Shown here piece by piece: positions 12,119 through 24,022 of a stretch of 64,000 nt of DNA. The stretch comes from Vitrella brassicaformis CCMP3155 (lineage: Eukaryota > Protista > Chromerida): assembly GCA_001179505.1 (NCBI GenBank), contig CDMY01000303.1:64460-128459 (forward strand), in the 5' to 3' direction. The notes under the pieces were generated by a model. It saw nothing but the letters and a program-made list of their open reading frames with translations. It ran no database searches and was not told the DNA's origin. The first letter of the stretch is position 1; the number at the start of each line of letters is the position of its first letter. The translations under genes and the position numbers were made by a program.

Positions 12119-15065
12119 TCAGTAGATATACTGCGGCACATTGAAGTGGACCAGCCCCAGGGCGACCGTGACCCGCTCTCCGGCACTCTCCTCATTGTTC
12201 TCATCCTGGTCGTCGTCATCGGTCATCTGGGGCTCCATCTCGTGGTCACTCAACCGCCGCTTGACGAACAGCAGATCGCCAGTGAAGGTGCCGTGACCCC
12301 CGGCCATGAACCCGGAACAACTCTGAGCAGCAACAGCAGAGGGAGAGGGCAAGGGTGTGGTGCAGGTTGAATGAACCACTGGGATGGGTGGGTGGCGTGT
12401 GTACTTTTTTACCTGGTAGACGAAGTACCCCGACTGGAGCGGGGGGTCGCCGCCCTCGACGGAGAGGGGCAGGTCGATGAAGCCCTCGTCACACAACACC
12501 TGCAGGCACATACCCATCCATCCATCCATCCATGGGTCTTTGCATCCCTCCCGCTGGCCCTGGCAGCTCACTCACTCACTCACTGACCGGGTGCTTGCCG
12601 ATGACGCCCCTTCCCCTGCACACATTCGTCCACGCATCGCATTGCGTGGTGGACGAGACGACCCCAGTCAGTCAGGCGTGCGTAAGTGCGTCAGAGTGTG
12701 GGTGTAGCGGCGTGCGTACCTGACTTCTCGGACCTGCCCGTTGCCGTCGGTGAGCACCCAGTGGCGACTGAGTGACAGACCACCGACAGCCCAGCCCCTC
12801 ATGCATGACTTCATTCATCCACAGATTGATTGCGACATGCCATGCCACCATCCATACCTCTGGAGCTGCACCTCCGTGAAGCCTCTCTGCTGTGCAGGGA
12901 CGTGCTGTGGGTGTCCGGGAGGCAGCACCCGCAGCCGGATGGAGTACGCCCAGTACTGCACGTGCTCGGCCATGTACACCGCACTCGCCAACGCCTCTAT
13001 GCCGCTGCAGCCATCGATAGATCCATTGCAGTCAGCGCACACATCCCATCCACACGTCCAGCCATCCCATCCTGCCATCTCTCTTACTTGGTGACGGCCA
13101 CGGCGAGGTCTGGCCCCTGTTGTGGGAAGATGTTGATCCCGCGGGAAGTCTCCTCGCCCGGCACTAACTGGCCGGCACTGGTTGACAGATTCAAACACAC
13201 ACAACAACACACAAAACACACCACACCACAACACCGTTGCAGCGACAGAGAGTACAACCTATCCATTGATGTATCGCTGAGGCCTCCGTACACGTATGTG
13301 CCGTCCCGCAGGCGGTTGACGAACTCCTCCAGCCTGTTCGACCCACGAGACGAGACATACATAGTGTCATGCATGAGGCGTGTGTGGTCGACACGTGTGT
13401 GTGTGGATACATACCATCTGATGAACCCATGGGGTCCTGGCGGCACTGCGGGGGTCAGCCGGGTCGCCATGCCGGGCTTCCGATCCATCACGTACACCTG
13501 GACACGAACGGGATCCATGTGCTCGTGTGTGCAGGGGGCGTCGTGTAATATAAGTGTGCACCAGTCCGTTGACGGTGTTGAGCACGAACGCCTTGGGAAA
13601 GTGACCAAAGGGACACTGGGCAATAAACAAACTCTGCCAGCACCACACACACACAGAGAGAGAGAGACGGGATGCTTGACGGGAGAGTCTTGCCCTCTGT
13701 GTGTTGTGTACATTTGCGAATATGGTTTGGTGCCTCTCCCGGAGGCCGGCCGTGAGGGTGAGGGCATCGTCCAGCGACATCAGCTTGACGCACGCCAGGT
13801 GGTTGTACGCCGAGTAGCCGCCAAACAGACCCACGAAGGGCCACGCCGACTGAGCAATCTCCTCCGGCTTCGTGCGGGGCTGGCCATCGTGAAATGACAA
13901 CGCCTGACGCCACACCACACCCATGGACAAACAGGCGCACAGGCAGACATAGAAACATACAGCGGTTGGCCACACTCCCCTCCCTCCTGAGTGAGTGGCC
14001 CACCATCTTGTAGTCGGTTGGCAGGTCACCGTTGGCCGCCGGCGCCTGTCCGGGAGCCACGGGCATCCCACGATAGCGATCAACTCCTGCACTCATATCC
14101 ACCTTCACACCATACATCGCATACCATAGCATAAAACGCGGACACGATAGATATCGAAATGGGCCTGTTGTGTGTACTGTACTCGTGCGGTGCGCCTGTC
14201 CTTACCGAGCTGATGGGTCCGTTGAGTGAGTTGCGGATGTGGTGCAGCTCGTGTTGCTGTAGCCATGCCTTGAGTGACCGCCATGCGCGGCTCACTCTGT
14301 TGTAGAGGGCGGCATCCACCGCATAGCCCAGCCGCGACGCCACCAGCTGCCACAGGACGAAGGCGATCAGCCAGGAACGGCACGCACCGTTGTTGGAACC
14401 AGGGGCCTGCCGTGCAGGTGCAGAAAGAATAACCAACCACCATGCAGGGAGAGGGAGAGAGGGAGGCGTGTGAGTGGGAGTGGGAGTGTGTGCGTGTGCG
14501 TGGTGCGTACCTGTTGACCGTCTTGTCTGCATGGCGGTGTGCACTGCTGCAGTCCGAACAGCTGGCCGCACTGCAGCCTGAAGAAACCCTCACCGTGCCT
14601 GAACGACGAGAGAGGTGAGAGACGAACACATAAGGCGTTCTTGGCGCCCCGTTCTCCTCTCTGTCCGTTTGTTTTACATGAGAGTGCTCCATTCCTTTGC
14701 GGCTGCCGAGAAGGCCAATAGATCTGCCGGTGCGAGCAGCCTGCAGACACACAGCCAAGTGGATGACATTGACTTCAGCATCCACTCACTCACCGCAGCA
14801 GATGTGTCCAGGCAGGGCCACACGCAGGCAGATCTGACAAACGACGAGGCATGCCGCTCACCCCGCTTCCCTCTCGCTTTGGAAGCTCGCGCGATCGCCG
14901 CTTTTCCGCTTTGCAGTGCAAGAGCAGGATAGCCCCTGGAGCCGTCGCATCCAAGCAGAGTGTGGTTGTCGAGATCACCAGTCGCTTTGGCAGATCATTC
15001 ACGAGCCGCAAGACACTAGAGGTGAGCATCGCTGGAATGTGAGGATCCGATGCGATGCGTGCCAC
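12119..15065 (-). CDS. F-box + SMI1/KNR4-like + ApaG (DUF525) protein (FBXO3/SKIP16-like architecture)
   Basis: F-box-like LLAPADLLAFSAAAKEW. RVSRAWRSLKAWL and FHDGQ..GLFGGYSAYNH for the SMI1-like part. ApaG-like AVAVT.GIEALASAVY..WAYSIRL..QLQSRHWVLTDGNGQVREV..GYFVYQSCS..GTFTGDLLF. Start codon approximate. Confidence 0.8.
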
Positions 15066-15287
15066 TGTGGATGTGCTGTGTGCAGGAGAGTCATAAGTGA
15101 CCTGGCCATCGACGCGTCATTTCATTAATTCGCAAAAAGAGTGAGTGAGTGAGTGAGTGAGCGCAAACATCCGTGTTGCATCCGGACTTGGTGCCCTGCT
15201 GTGCCAGAGCATCTGTGGGTGCCAAGCGCCGCCGAGTACACAAGAAGGTGCACAAACATGGCGGGCGTGCTGGCTGTTTGTTGTTGA

Positions 15288-17396
15288 TTGCGCAAGCACG
15301 TGGCCATGATCGTCGGCCTTATCCCATCGGCTGTCTTAGTCGGCCTTTTCTCATCGATTGCACCTTCATCACGCCCTCCGCGTGTCCTGCAGCTCGCCAA
15401 TGGGACGGATCCATCCGCTCCCAGCTTATCACTGGGAGCGCCTTTCATCTTTTTTCGGATGCCTTTTATCGGCTGCGTCGCGTCCTGTGTGTTTGGATCC
15501 GACAGCCCCTTCGTCGTTTTTTATCTGTGGGGACACTGGGACGGTCTACAGGACCACCGCACGCGTACGGCGGGCTATCGCCAGCACTTGTACTACTGGG
15601 ACGCTGTGCTGGCGATGAGGCGGGTCTTGGTGCTGCCTATCGCACGGCAAGCGACAGGGCAGCCTGGACAAACTGCAGTTTGCTGTGTGGCCGTTCGACC
15701 ACGGCCACATGGAGGGCTAGTGGTGTAGCTCATGTCGCTGTTTGTCATGCACTTTGTGGTCATGTTGCAAGATGGCGGCTCATTCGCCTTGACTATTGGA
15801 CTTGTTTTGGTGGTGATTGCTGCCAATCTGGCGCACTACATCGCATTGGTGACGCGGATATGGCGATTTGGTCTGTTGCAAGTGGCCTATCGATACACGG
15901 CCCTCACCGATCGGAAGACGGCCATCGGTGAGCAATAAATGACATACACTCTCTCTCCTTTGTGGATCGTATCATCTTTGTGTTATTCTTCAGCTCGTTT
16001 GATGTCCGGCTGTCTTGCGGGTCCGCTTGTGTCGTGGCTCATCCACACAGAAGAGAACAGAAGGCAACGGTCCCCCAAGGTCTTCTATGACTGGTCCACC
16101 GCGGCCCTCTCTGTGGACGGACCCCCTACTGCTGCCTCTGCTGCATCGGGAAAGTGCGACCCCTCTTTTGGCCGCCCGATGCATCGTGTGGTAGCGGCCA
16201 TGCAGCTCACGTCAGCCGCCATTCAGGACGCTGTCGAGACCCTCAAAGTCACACACGTCCCCAGCGACTTGTAAGCTAACGACTCCCTAGTACAGCTCGC
16301 CTGTGCGTCTCTTTTGTGTTCCATTGGTCAGCCACGAGTTTCTATGGAGCCACGCCGGCAGAAGCGAGTGGAGATGGACAGCCGACGACAAGGCCAGGTG
16401 GTCGTCCACCTGCCGAAACCCGACGACGGCACAGTCACGGTAAGGCATTGCTGTGGCGGTTGTGATGGGTAGACACGTACTATGTGTGTGTTGGCAGGGC
16501 TTGCGGGACATGCGGACGAGCGACCTCTCCCGCGCATTCGCAAACCAACGCTCCCTAAGACATGCCGGTCATCTTGCTGCTTGACATTGCTACATACCAC
16601 AAACATTGATTTGTCGTGTGCTGTCGTGTGATAGTGCTGCCTGCAGTGTCGAGTCGACTGAAGGACAGCAAGGCGTCCGGCGACGGAAGTGCTGCTGAGT
16701 GGGCCTCACAGAGTGATGTACAGCCGACAGACAGGTACATGGCCATTGTGTGGAGCGGCCAATCTGACCCATCGATGCTCTCTTTCTGTCAGTAGTCAGC
16801 ATTCTGTGGTGTCGCCGGGCATCACTTTGTACGACCTCCACGCCAACCTCGCCTATGTGGTGGACGAGCTCGTCACGAGAGAACAGCTGCGCCAGGCGGC
16901 ACTGCAAAAGGCTGACGGCAGTGACCTGGAGAGGGGTGACGGTAAGGAGCCACCTGACGAGCACCATCATGGCAGTGGCGGCTGGCGCGGGCTCTACGAG
17001 GCGTTCCGGAAGGCCAAGCAATCACTCATCGACGCCGGCAGCCAACCGGTCCGAGCATGTGCGTGATCCTTTCCAACTTGCACGTGTGTGAATGTTTGGT
17101 GATTGCAGGAGGCCGTCCCGGAGGTTCTCGCGACCCTGGCGGCAACGGCGGTCGACACACCACATGGCGATGATGCACTGTGGTCACTGTCGCCCGTCAG
17201 CTCATCCTCGTCGCGTCCGCAGAGCGACCCCCCCGCTGCTGTGCGTGCGCCACTCTGCCATCTCACGCGGGTCGATTGGCATCGGCTCACCACTGACATT
17301 GACAATACCGTGGCTGCAATGTCTGTGTCCACCGAGGCCCTTTACGATGCGTGTAGCGCCCTTTCTGCGCGGGATGCGGCCAACACAGACGATTGA
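15288..17396 (+). CDS. Multi-exon hypothetical protein with N-terminal hydrophobic segments (model uncertain)
   Basis: GT-AG introns (e.g. about 15723-15771 and 15929-15993) join TM-like exons (SFALTIGLVLVVIAANLAHYIALV). Coding-like downstream exons (ITLYDLHANLAYVVDELV; LTRVDWHRLTTDIDNT). I could not keep one frame through about 16500-16600. Confidence 0.4.
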
Positions 17397-18377
17397 TGAC
17401 GGACGTCACGCTTTTTGCGTGCTCTGAGGCCGCTCGTGCTGTTCACGGCTTTTGTGCATGTTTCTGCATACGTGTCGATGTCGGTAGGTGTCCAATTTTC
17501 CGCATTTCCAGCTGGAAGTGTCGTAGTCGGCGTTTTTCTGCGGAAGCGCTCGATTGACATGACGGATCCGGATCGATCAGTGAAGTGCCGTCCAGCGTTG
17601 AGGAAAAAAAAACAAAACAGATAGATATGGACTGGACGAGGAGAGCAGCTCAGAAGAGAGCCAAACAACGGTTGCAACAGAGGTCCACACACCGCACAAC
17701 AGACAGCTGGCTGTACGTTACGTATACACACACCGCCGTTGAGCACCCCACCCCTTGCAATGCACGCACCTCATTCATCCACAGCCACCGATTGATTCGT
17801 CCGTCCATTGGTCCATCCATTGGTCCACCCACCCCCCCACGTGTCCGTCCGCCCGCATCTTCCTCCTTTCACGATGGATATTGACACACACGCACACCCA
17901 ACCGACCGACCGACATGGCCAGCTTCCCCCATTGTCCCTCCCTCGCCCGTCAGCATATAGATGCACGAACTCTCATTGACCAAAACCACCCCCCTCACCC
18001 ACTGACCGGGTACACGTGCAGGCTAGGCTTGTGTGTGTCCAGCAGGTGCAGTCGCCTGTTGGTTGGCCTGCACATAGTCAGACAGACACATAGACAGACA
18101 GACAGACAGACAGGCAGAGAGATGCACGAAGGAAGGGCAAAATTCACACACGGCGAGGGAGGGAAGCGATGTTAAAAGCCATACACACAGACAGACAGAC
18201 GGACAGACAGACAGACAGCTGGACGGACAGACGGGGCCAGAAGAAAAATGTTGCGGAAACCCTCATTTACTTATTCAGCAAAGCACGCCCCCCCACCGTC
18301 CGTCCACGTGTTTCACATCGCTCAAGTGCGCTGCAACACCTCTCCCCGCCCCGTTGGTGCGTCCAATCCCCCCCCCC

Positions 18378-18677
18378 NNNNNNNNNNNNNNNNNNNNNNN
18401 NNNNNNNNNNNNNNNNNNNNNNNNNNNNNNNNNNNNNNNNNNNNNNNNNNNNNNNNNNNNNNNNNNNNNNNNNNNNNNNNNNNNNNNNNNNNNNNNNNNN
18501 NNNNNNNNNNNNNNNNNNNNNNNNNNNNNNNNNNNNNNNNNNNNNNNNNNNNNNNNNNNNNNNNNNNNNNNNNNNNNNNNNNNNNNNNNNNNNNNNNNNN
18601 NNNNNNNNNNNNNNNNNNNNNNNNNNNNNNNNNNNNNNNNNNNNNNNNNNNNNNNNNNNNNNNNNNNNNNNNNNNNN
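18378..18677. other. Assembly gap (300 N) inside a poly-C tract
   Basis: Run of N flanked by C homopolymers on both sides. Confidence 1.
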
Positions 18678-18803
18678 CCCCCCCCCCCCCCCCCCTCTGC
18701 CCCCATCTCTCTTTGCATGTCAGCCGAGCCAATCAGCGATCGAGCCCAAAAACGGGCCCACCCGCAGACAGACAGACCATCCTCCCCTTCCTTTCTGTTT
18801 GCA

Positions 18804-20941
18804 TCAGTCGAGGTCCTCGTTGTCTTTGGACTGCTCCAGGTGCCCCTTGACGGCCGCGCCCACGTTGACGACGTCGATAAGGAATGTGTCGTGGCCGTAG
18901 AGGGCGTCCAGCTCGTAGTAGACGACGTACTGGTTGCCCACCTCACGCAAGATGTCGGCGATCTGCTTCTGCTGCCAGCTGGGGAACAGAATGTCCGACT
19001 GCACACCCATGATCAATGACGGCATCTGCACCGCACCCGACGACCACATACACACAGACAGACAGGTAGAGGGCTGGACAGATGCGTGTGTGGGATGGTT
19101 GTGTTGTTGCTCCATGTCATGTGCACCCACCTGTATCGGTGTCATGCCCTTGGCAAGGTCGGGCTGGCCGTCGACGCCCCTGTCCTCCATTGTGAACAGG
19201 TCCATCGCCTGCAGCACCACAGCACAGCCCTCCACTGGTGCCGTCGGCCAGCTGGACGGAATGGACTGCGTTGTCAATTTCTCTCTCACCTTAGAGATGA
19301 TGATCATCGAATTGGGGTCGTACTGAAGGCACCATTTCTTTCCCTAAACACACACGCACACACAGTGAGTTCAGCCATGCTCCCGCCCATCCATCCATCC
19401 GTCCGTGCGTGCCTGCGTGGGCCAGGTAGGTAGAAAAGTCACCTGGTGCTCGAGGTACGACTCAATGACAAAATCGGCGTTGAGCGAGGGCCTCTGCTCG
19501 TTCCTCTCCCTCCCAAACCGCTGCTCCCACTCGGGGCCGCTCCTGTAGGTGATGGTGCCGATCTCCCTCGCCAGCTTCATGCCCTGCCAGGGAAACTCAC
19601 CCGAGTAGTAGTCACCCTCACCGAAATTGGGATCCGCCATCTGCAGGCACGTTGACGCATGACGGACGAATGTGCAGAAAGAGGTGGCAGGGACGATGCT
19701 GCGTGCTGGTGTGTTGGTGTTGGTGTTGATGTGGGTGGTTGTCTGACCAGGACTTGTCGCTGTGCGTATCTGAGTGCGATGCTCATGGGGTGGCTGACGG
19801 CGGCCGCGCTGATGGAGACGAGCCGGCCGACCCTTTCCGGGTACATGGCTGCCGCTGCGATGCTCTGCATCCCACCGAGACTCGATCCTACCACCGCGTG
19901 AAGCTTCCCAATGCCCAAATCATCTGTGCAGGCACACACACAGAGAGAGAGAGAGAGAGTTGGGTATGGCACCTGTGCGGTTGTCGGCCGTACCGAGGAG
20001 ATGGAAGATGGCCCGGACCATGTCTTTGACGGATAGGAGGGGAAATCTGAGTGCGTATCTGATGCCGTTGCGTGGGTCGATGGCAGATGGACCCGTCGAC
20101 CCATAGCAGCCACCCAGGTTGTTGGTGCACACCACGAAGAACCGATCCGTGTCGAGCGCACGACCGGGACCGATGAACTTTTCCCACCAACCTGCACAGA
20201 CCACACCACACGCACCCACACCCACACAGGAAAGGTGCCCGACTGGCAGTACTGTATGGGTGGGTGGGTGTGTCTGTGGTGGTAGTGCTCACCAGGTCGT
20301 GTGTTTTTGGGTTGGCTCTTGGCGTGTGACGATGCGCTCAGGCCGCAGGTGAGGAGGATGACGTTGTCCTTAGCCGCGTTGAGGGTGCCCCAGGTCTCAT
20401 ACGCCAGGTGGAACTCAGGCAGCATCCCGCCGTACTCCAGTGGAAAGGGGTGTGGGTGGTGGTACAGCTCGTAGCCCGTCACCACCGACGAATAGCTGGG
20501 CTCCGGGCCGTCGCTCTTGGCCGCTGACGCAGGCTGCCGCGATGGGGAAGCGGACGATGTGGCACTTGAAGGGGCAGAGGATAGCGGGGGAGAGGGAGAG
20601 GGAGATGGGGGCTGCTGGGACGCCACTGACGCCGGAACGGTGCCGTTGATCATGGATATCACGTACTCGGAGTCGACGTGATGGCCATTGGCCGACGAAC
20701 TATTCTGAATGGCCGCAGCGCTCGCCGCATTGCTAGTGCTGCTGTACGGCCGTCTTGACGATGATGAACCACTGCGTATCTGCCGGCAGTGCGGAGGAGG
20801 GCTGGCAAAGGGCAACGGGCGCGTGGCGGATGGCGTCGACACTCCAAGGGCAGGAGCCACGAGCCTCAGTGACGAGGAGATCCGCCGCATTGCGTCTCTG
20901 CTCACTGTAGCAGCGAGAGGATCCATCATGTACTCGTCCAC
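18804..20941 (-). CDS. Alpha/beta-hydrolase O-acyltransferase of the MetX family, Cys2/CysA (serine O-succinyl/acetyltransferase)-type
   Basis: [64 protein letters not shown], nucleophile elbow [20 protein letters not shown], and catalytic D/H in GVQSDILFP and YGHDTFL. R/S-rich N-terminus resembles a mitochondrial presequence. Confidence 0.9.
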
Positions 20942-20981
20942 ACCTGCGGGAGGAGCGTCTGGTGCTGCTATTCGTACCGAT

Positions 20982-22571
20982 ATGGAGGACTTCCTTCTTG
21001 TCAGAAAGGAGCTGCAACCGGGCAGCAGCGGTTTCAGGAAGCTGCAGCGGTTTCATGGAGCACCCTAGGCGGCACCCCCGGCGTCCTGAGTTTGCCTCTG
21101 ATTCCCCGCTTGGTTTCTGAGTGGCTGCAGTGCTGATGTGTAAGATCTATTGAAGAAGAGCAAATATCTGCCTTCTTGTTGGACGAGTTGACCGCGATGG
21201 ACAACGTCACTGAGGTGAGAAGGGGAGGGGAGAAGCCACGTACCGACACGAGCGTACACAGCTGGAACTCCGCTGTCTTTGTGTGTGGTGCAGGCCGCAG
21301 ACCAATCTGCACACTCAGATGCCTCCAAGACGGCATCTGTCAGTGCCGCCAGCACCCCGAGCACCGCAACAACCGATCCATCGCCCAGGCGCCTCATTGG
21401 CGAGCTGCTGGACATCGGCGACGAGGTGCTCCAGGAGAGGGGCGAGGCGAACGGGGTGATGGTGCTGGCTGTGGCCTATCCCCTCGTGCTGCATCGGCTG
21501 TGGGCCGAGATTGCCAAGACGACGGCACCTGAGGAGCTCATCCACGGTAATGGGTACGGCACACAAACATTGATTGCACGTGTAGATGGAATGGTTGAGG
21601 ATGGCGATGGACATCGATCTCTCCGTCTGCCTGCTTGTCTTTTCTGTCTGTCTGTGTGTGGGCTGCGGTGCGGCAGCACTGCACAGAAACTTTTTTGGCT
21701 TTGTGGTTTGGGAGATGAGCGACGAGGAGCCGTCCAACAGTCACCGACACTGCCTTTACCTTCATGTTTTCCCTGGTGAATACGTACTGGATGAAGGGAT
21801 CAAAGTAACAGAGTGTGGGTGGGTGTGGTGTGTATGTCTATGTGGTCAGACTGCCCGTCCGGTGGCTCCCTAGAGTTCCCGCACTGCCACAAGAGGAACT
21901 GGGTGGGTGGGTGGGCAGGAGAGATCCATGTCATCCCATCTGACCCATATATCCTGCCTTGCTGGCTGGTGTTTCCATGCAGGCGTCGTTGAACCTTACC
22001 GGCACCTACAAGCACATCGTCTACACCCTCAGAGACCCAATCACCGGTAGGCTCACACACACACACCCACACACACACACACAGAGCAACAAGGTGGCGT
22101 GGCGTGGATCAGTGCATCTATTGAAGCGTGTGTGGCACAGGAGCCCCCATGACGCCAGACGTGTCCATTGCTCCAGAGTGTCCGACCCAGCACCTGACGC
22201 TCTTTGAGCACAAGGTTGAGGGCGGCATCGACAAGAGGGGCCCCGTGCGTCTGGACGCCGTGCAGGAGTTCATCTACCAGCCGGGCACTCTGCAGTACAT
22301 CAGGAAGGACGTGCCGCATCGCTTAGACGAATACGGTGGGCGGGCGGGCGGGTGTGTGTGGAGGTCGGGGGGAGGGGTTCGTGTGGTGTGGTCTGTGGTG
22401 TGATGTCGTGGTTGTGGTTTGCAGCGGGCACCCTGAGCCTAAATGTCCGCGAAAATGGCGGCAACATCATCAACACCCTGTTCACCGTGCTGCACGGCAA
22501 ACCCATACCCAAGGTCTGTCTGTCTGAGAGCAACCAACTCCCAACAACTCTGACCACACCTCTCTCTCTCC

Positions 22572-22606
<35 letters not shown>

Positions 22607-23054
22607 TGTGCTTGTCTTGGTCCATGTGGCTGAAGGGTGCCAAGGCTAATGAGCCCCTTGCTGGCGTCTCGGAGGTGATTGACGTGTTGCGGCGTGTCGA
22701 GGAGCAGCTCGCCAGCACTCAGGAGGGCCGCATCAGGGCCTTCACCGCCATGGGTGGCGACCCGTTGCGAGTGGGTGACACTGTGCCCATACAGGCGGCC
22801 TTCCTATACGCCACACACGTCGTCAGCCGCTTCCACGACAGGTCGGTCAGCAGACCGACCAACACACACACAAGTGCTTCCCATTCCGACGGCCATATGT
22901 TTGTCTGTCTGTGTGCAGGTACCCATTGGCTGTGCCGCTGTGTCCGTCGAGCGATGCGGTGCAGGTGGGTGTGGTGGATGAGGCGGCCCTTAGGATGCTG
23001 GTCGACGGCCGACAGCGAGTGGTGCCAGCCGCCAGGGTGCCACAGCAGGTCTGA
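20982..23054 (+). CDS. Hypothetical protein with putative cupin (HxH...H) metal-binding motifs
   Basis: In-frame spliced exons give HRHCLYLHVFP-DCPSGGSLEFPHCHKRNW-ASLNLTGTYKH and EFIYQPGTLQYIRKDVPHRL. TGA at 23052-23054. First exon uncertain. Confidence 0.6.
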
Positions 23055-24022
23055 CCTGACGGATATGGGTCCATTTAGATGTGAGCAAAATGCTCACAGG
23101 TTGATGTATGTCGAGTTTTGGCGAGTTGTGGAGGTCGGAGGGGTGGGCCTTGGTGCTGTGTGTGTGGAGCTGTGAGCTGAAGACATTCATTCACTGACTC
23201 AGTAATTGTGCGGCTGTCTGTAAGAAAGGAAGTCTGCACACACACCACTGACGCCATGCATCACCTGACCACACGCAGTCGACATGGGCCATGCACAACA
23301 CAACACCTTGCTAGAAAGAGCGCGGAAAGGCACCCTGCAGTCAGGCGGACAGAGAGAGAGAGAGGAAAAATCTGCTGCCCTTTCACTCACTCACAACGGA
23401 CACACAGACAGCATCGCTCGTCAGCTCCACTCACGGGTGCCCATTTGAAGACCGAACCACTGCAAGGCACACTCAGACATCCCATAAGCCGTCCACAGCA
23501 TACAGTCGATGTGACACCAGGCAACACAGGACGGCACCTCACACACGGAAATCCGCCGCCTGCCTGTCTGTCTATCTGTCTGTCTGTCTGGCAGCTTTTG
23601 ACGTCACTGCATGGACAGAAAATCAATACGCCGCTCCGCTCAGATGCCGCCGATCAGCCTTCGGCTCACCTTCGACTGTATTTGGCGATGGGGCGCAGGT
23701 ATGCATGTGCTCGCTATCCAGCAATGAATGGTTTTGTTGTTTGTGATGGATGGAGGCCCATCGACGGCTTCAGGCGCCGCCTGGGAGTCGTACACGGATG
23801 AGATCAAGGAGGGGGACACGAAGAGGAATCCGATGCGTCTCCGTCGTGAAACGCACGCAAGACTTGCCCCCACGAGGCCCCCACCTCTCAAAGAGAAACC
23901 GAGAGGGGGACTCCCGCATCACCCTACCCACCGGACCCCATTCCCGCTCATCCACCTTTGCTATCGTTTCTCTTTCCGTCGCGTCTGGGCCCTCCATCCA
24001 TCGCATCACCCCAATCCCGAAA

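Noticed and set aside
17415-18370. Several short ORFs, including a hydrophobic 69-aa ORF at 17415-17624
   Set aside because: No codon bias or splice chain; the translations are dominated by microsatellites.
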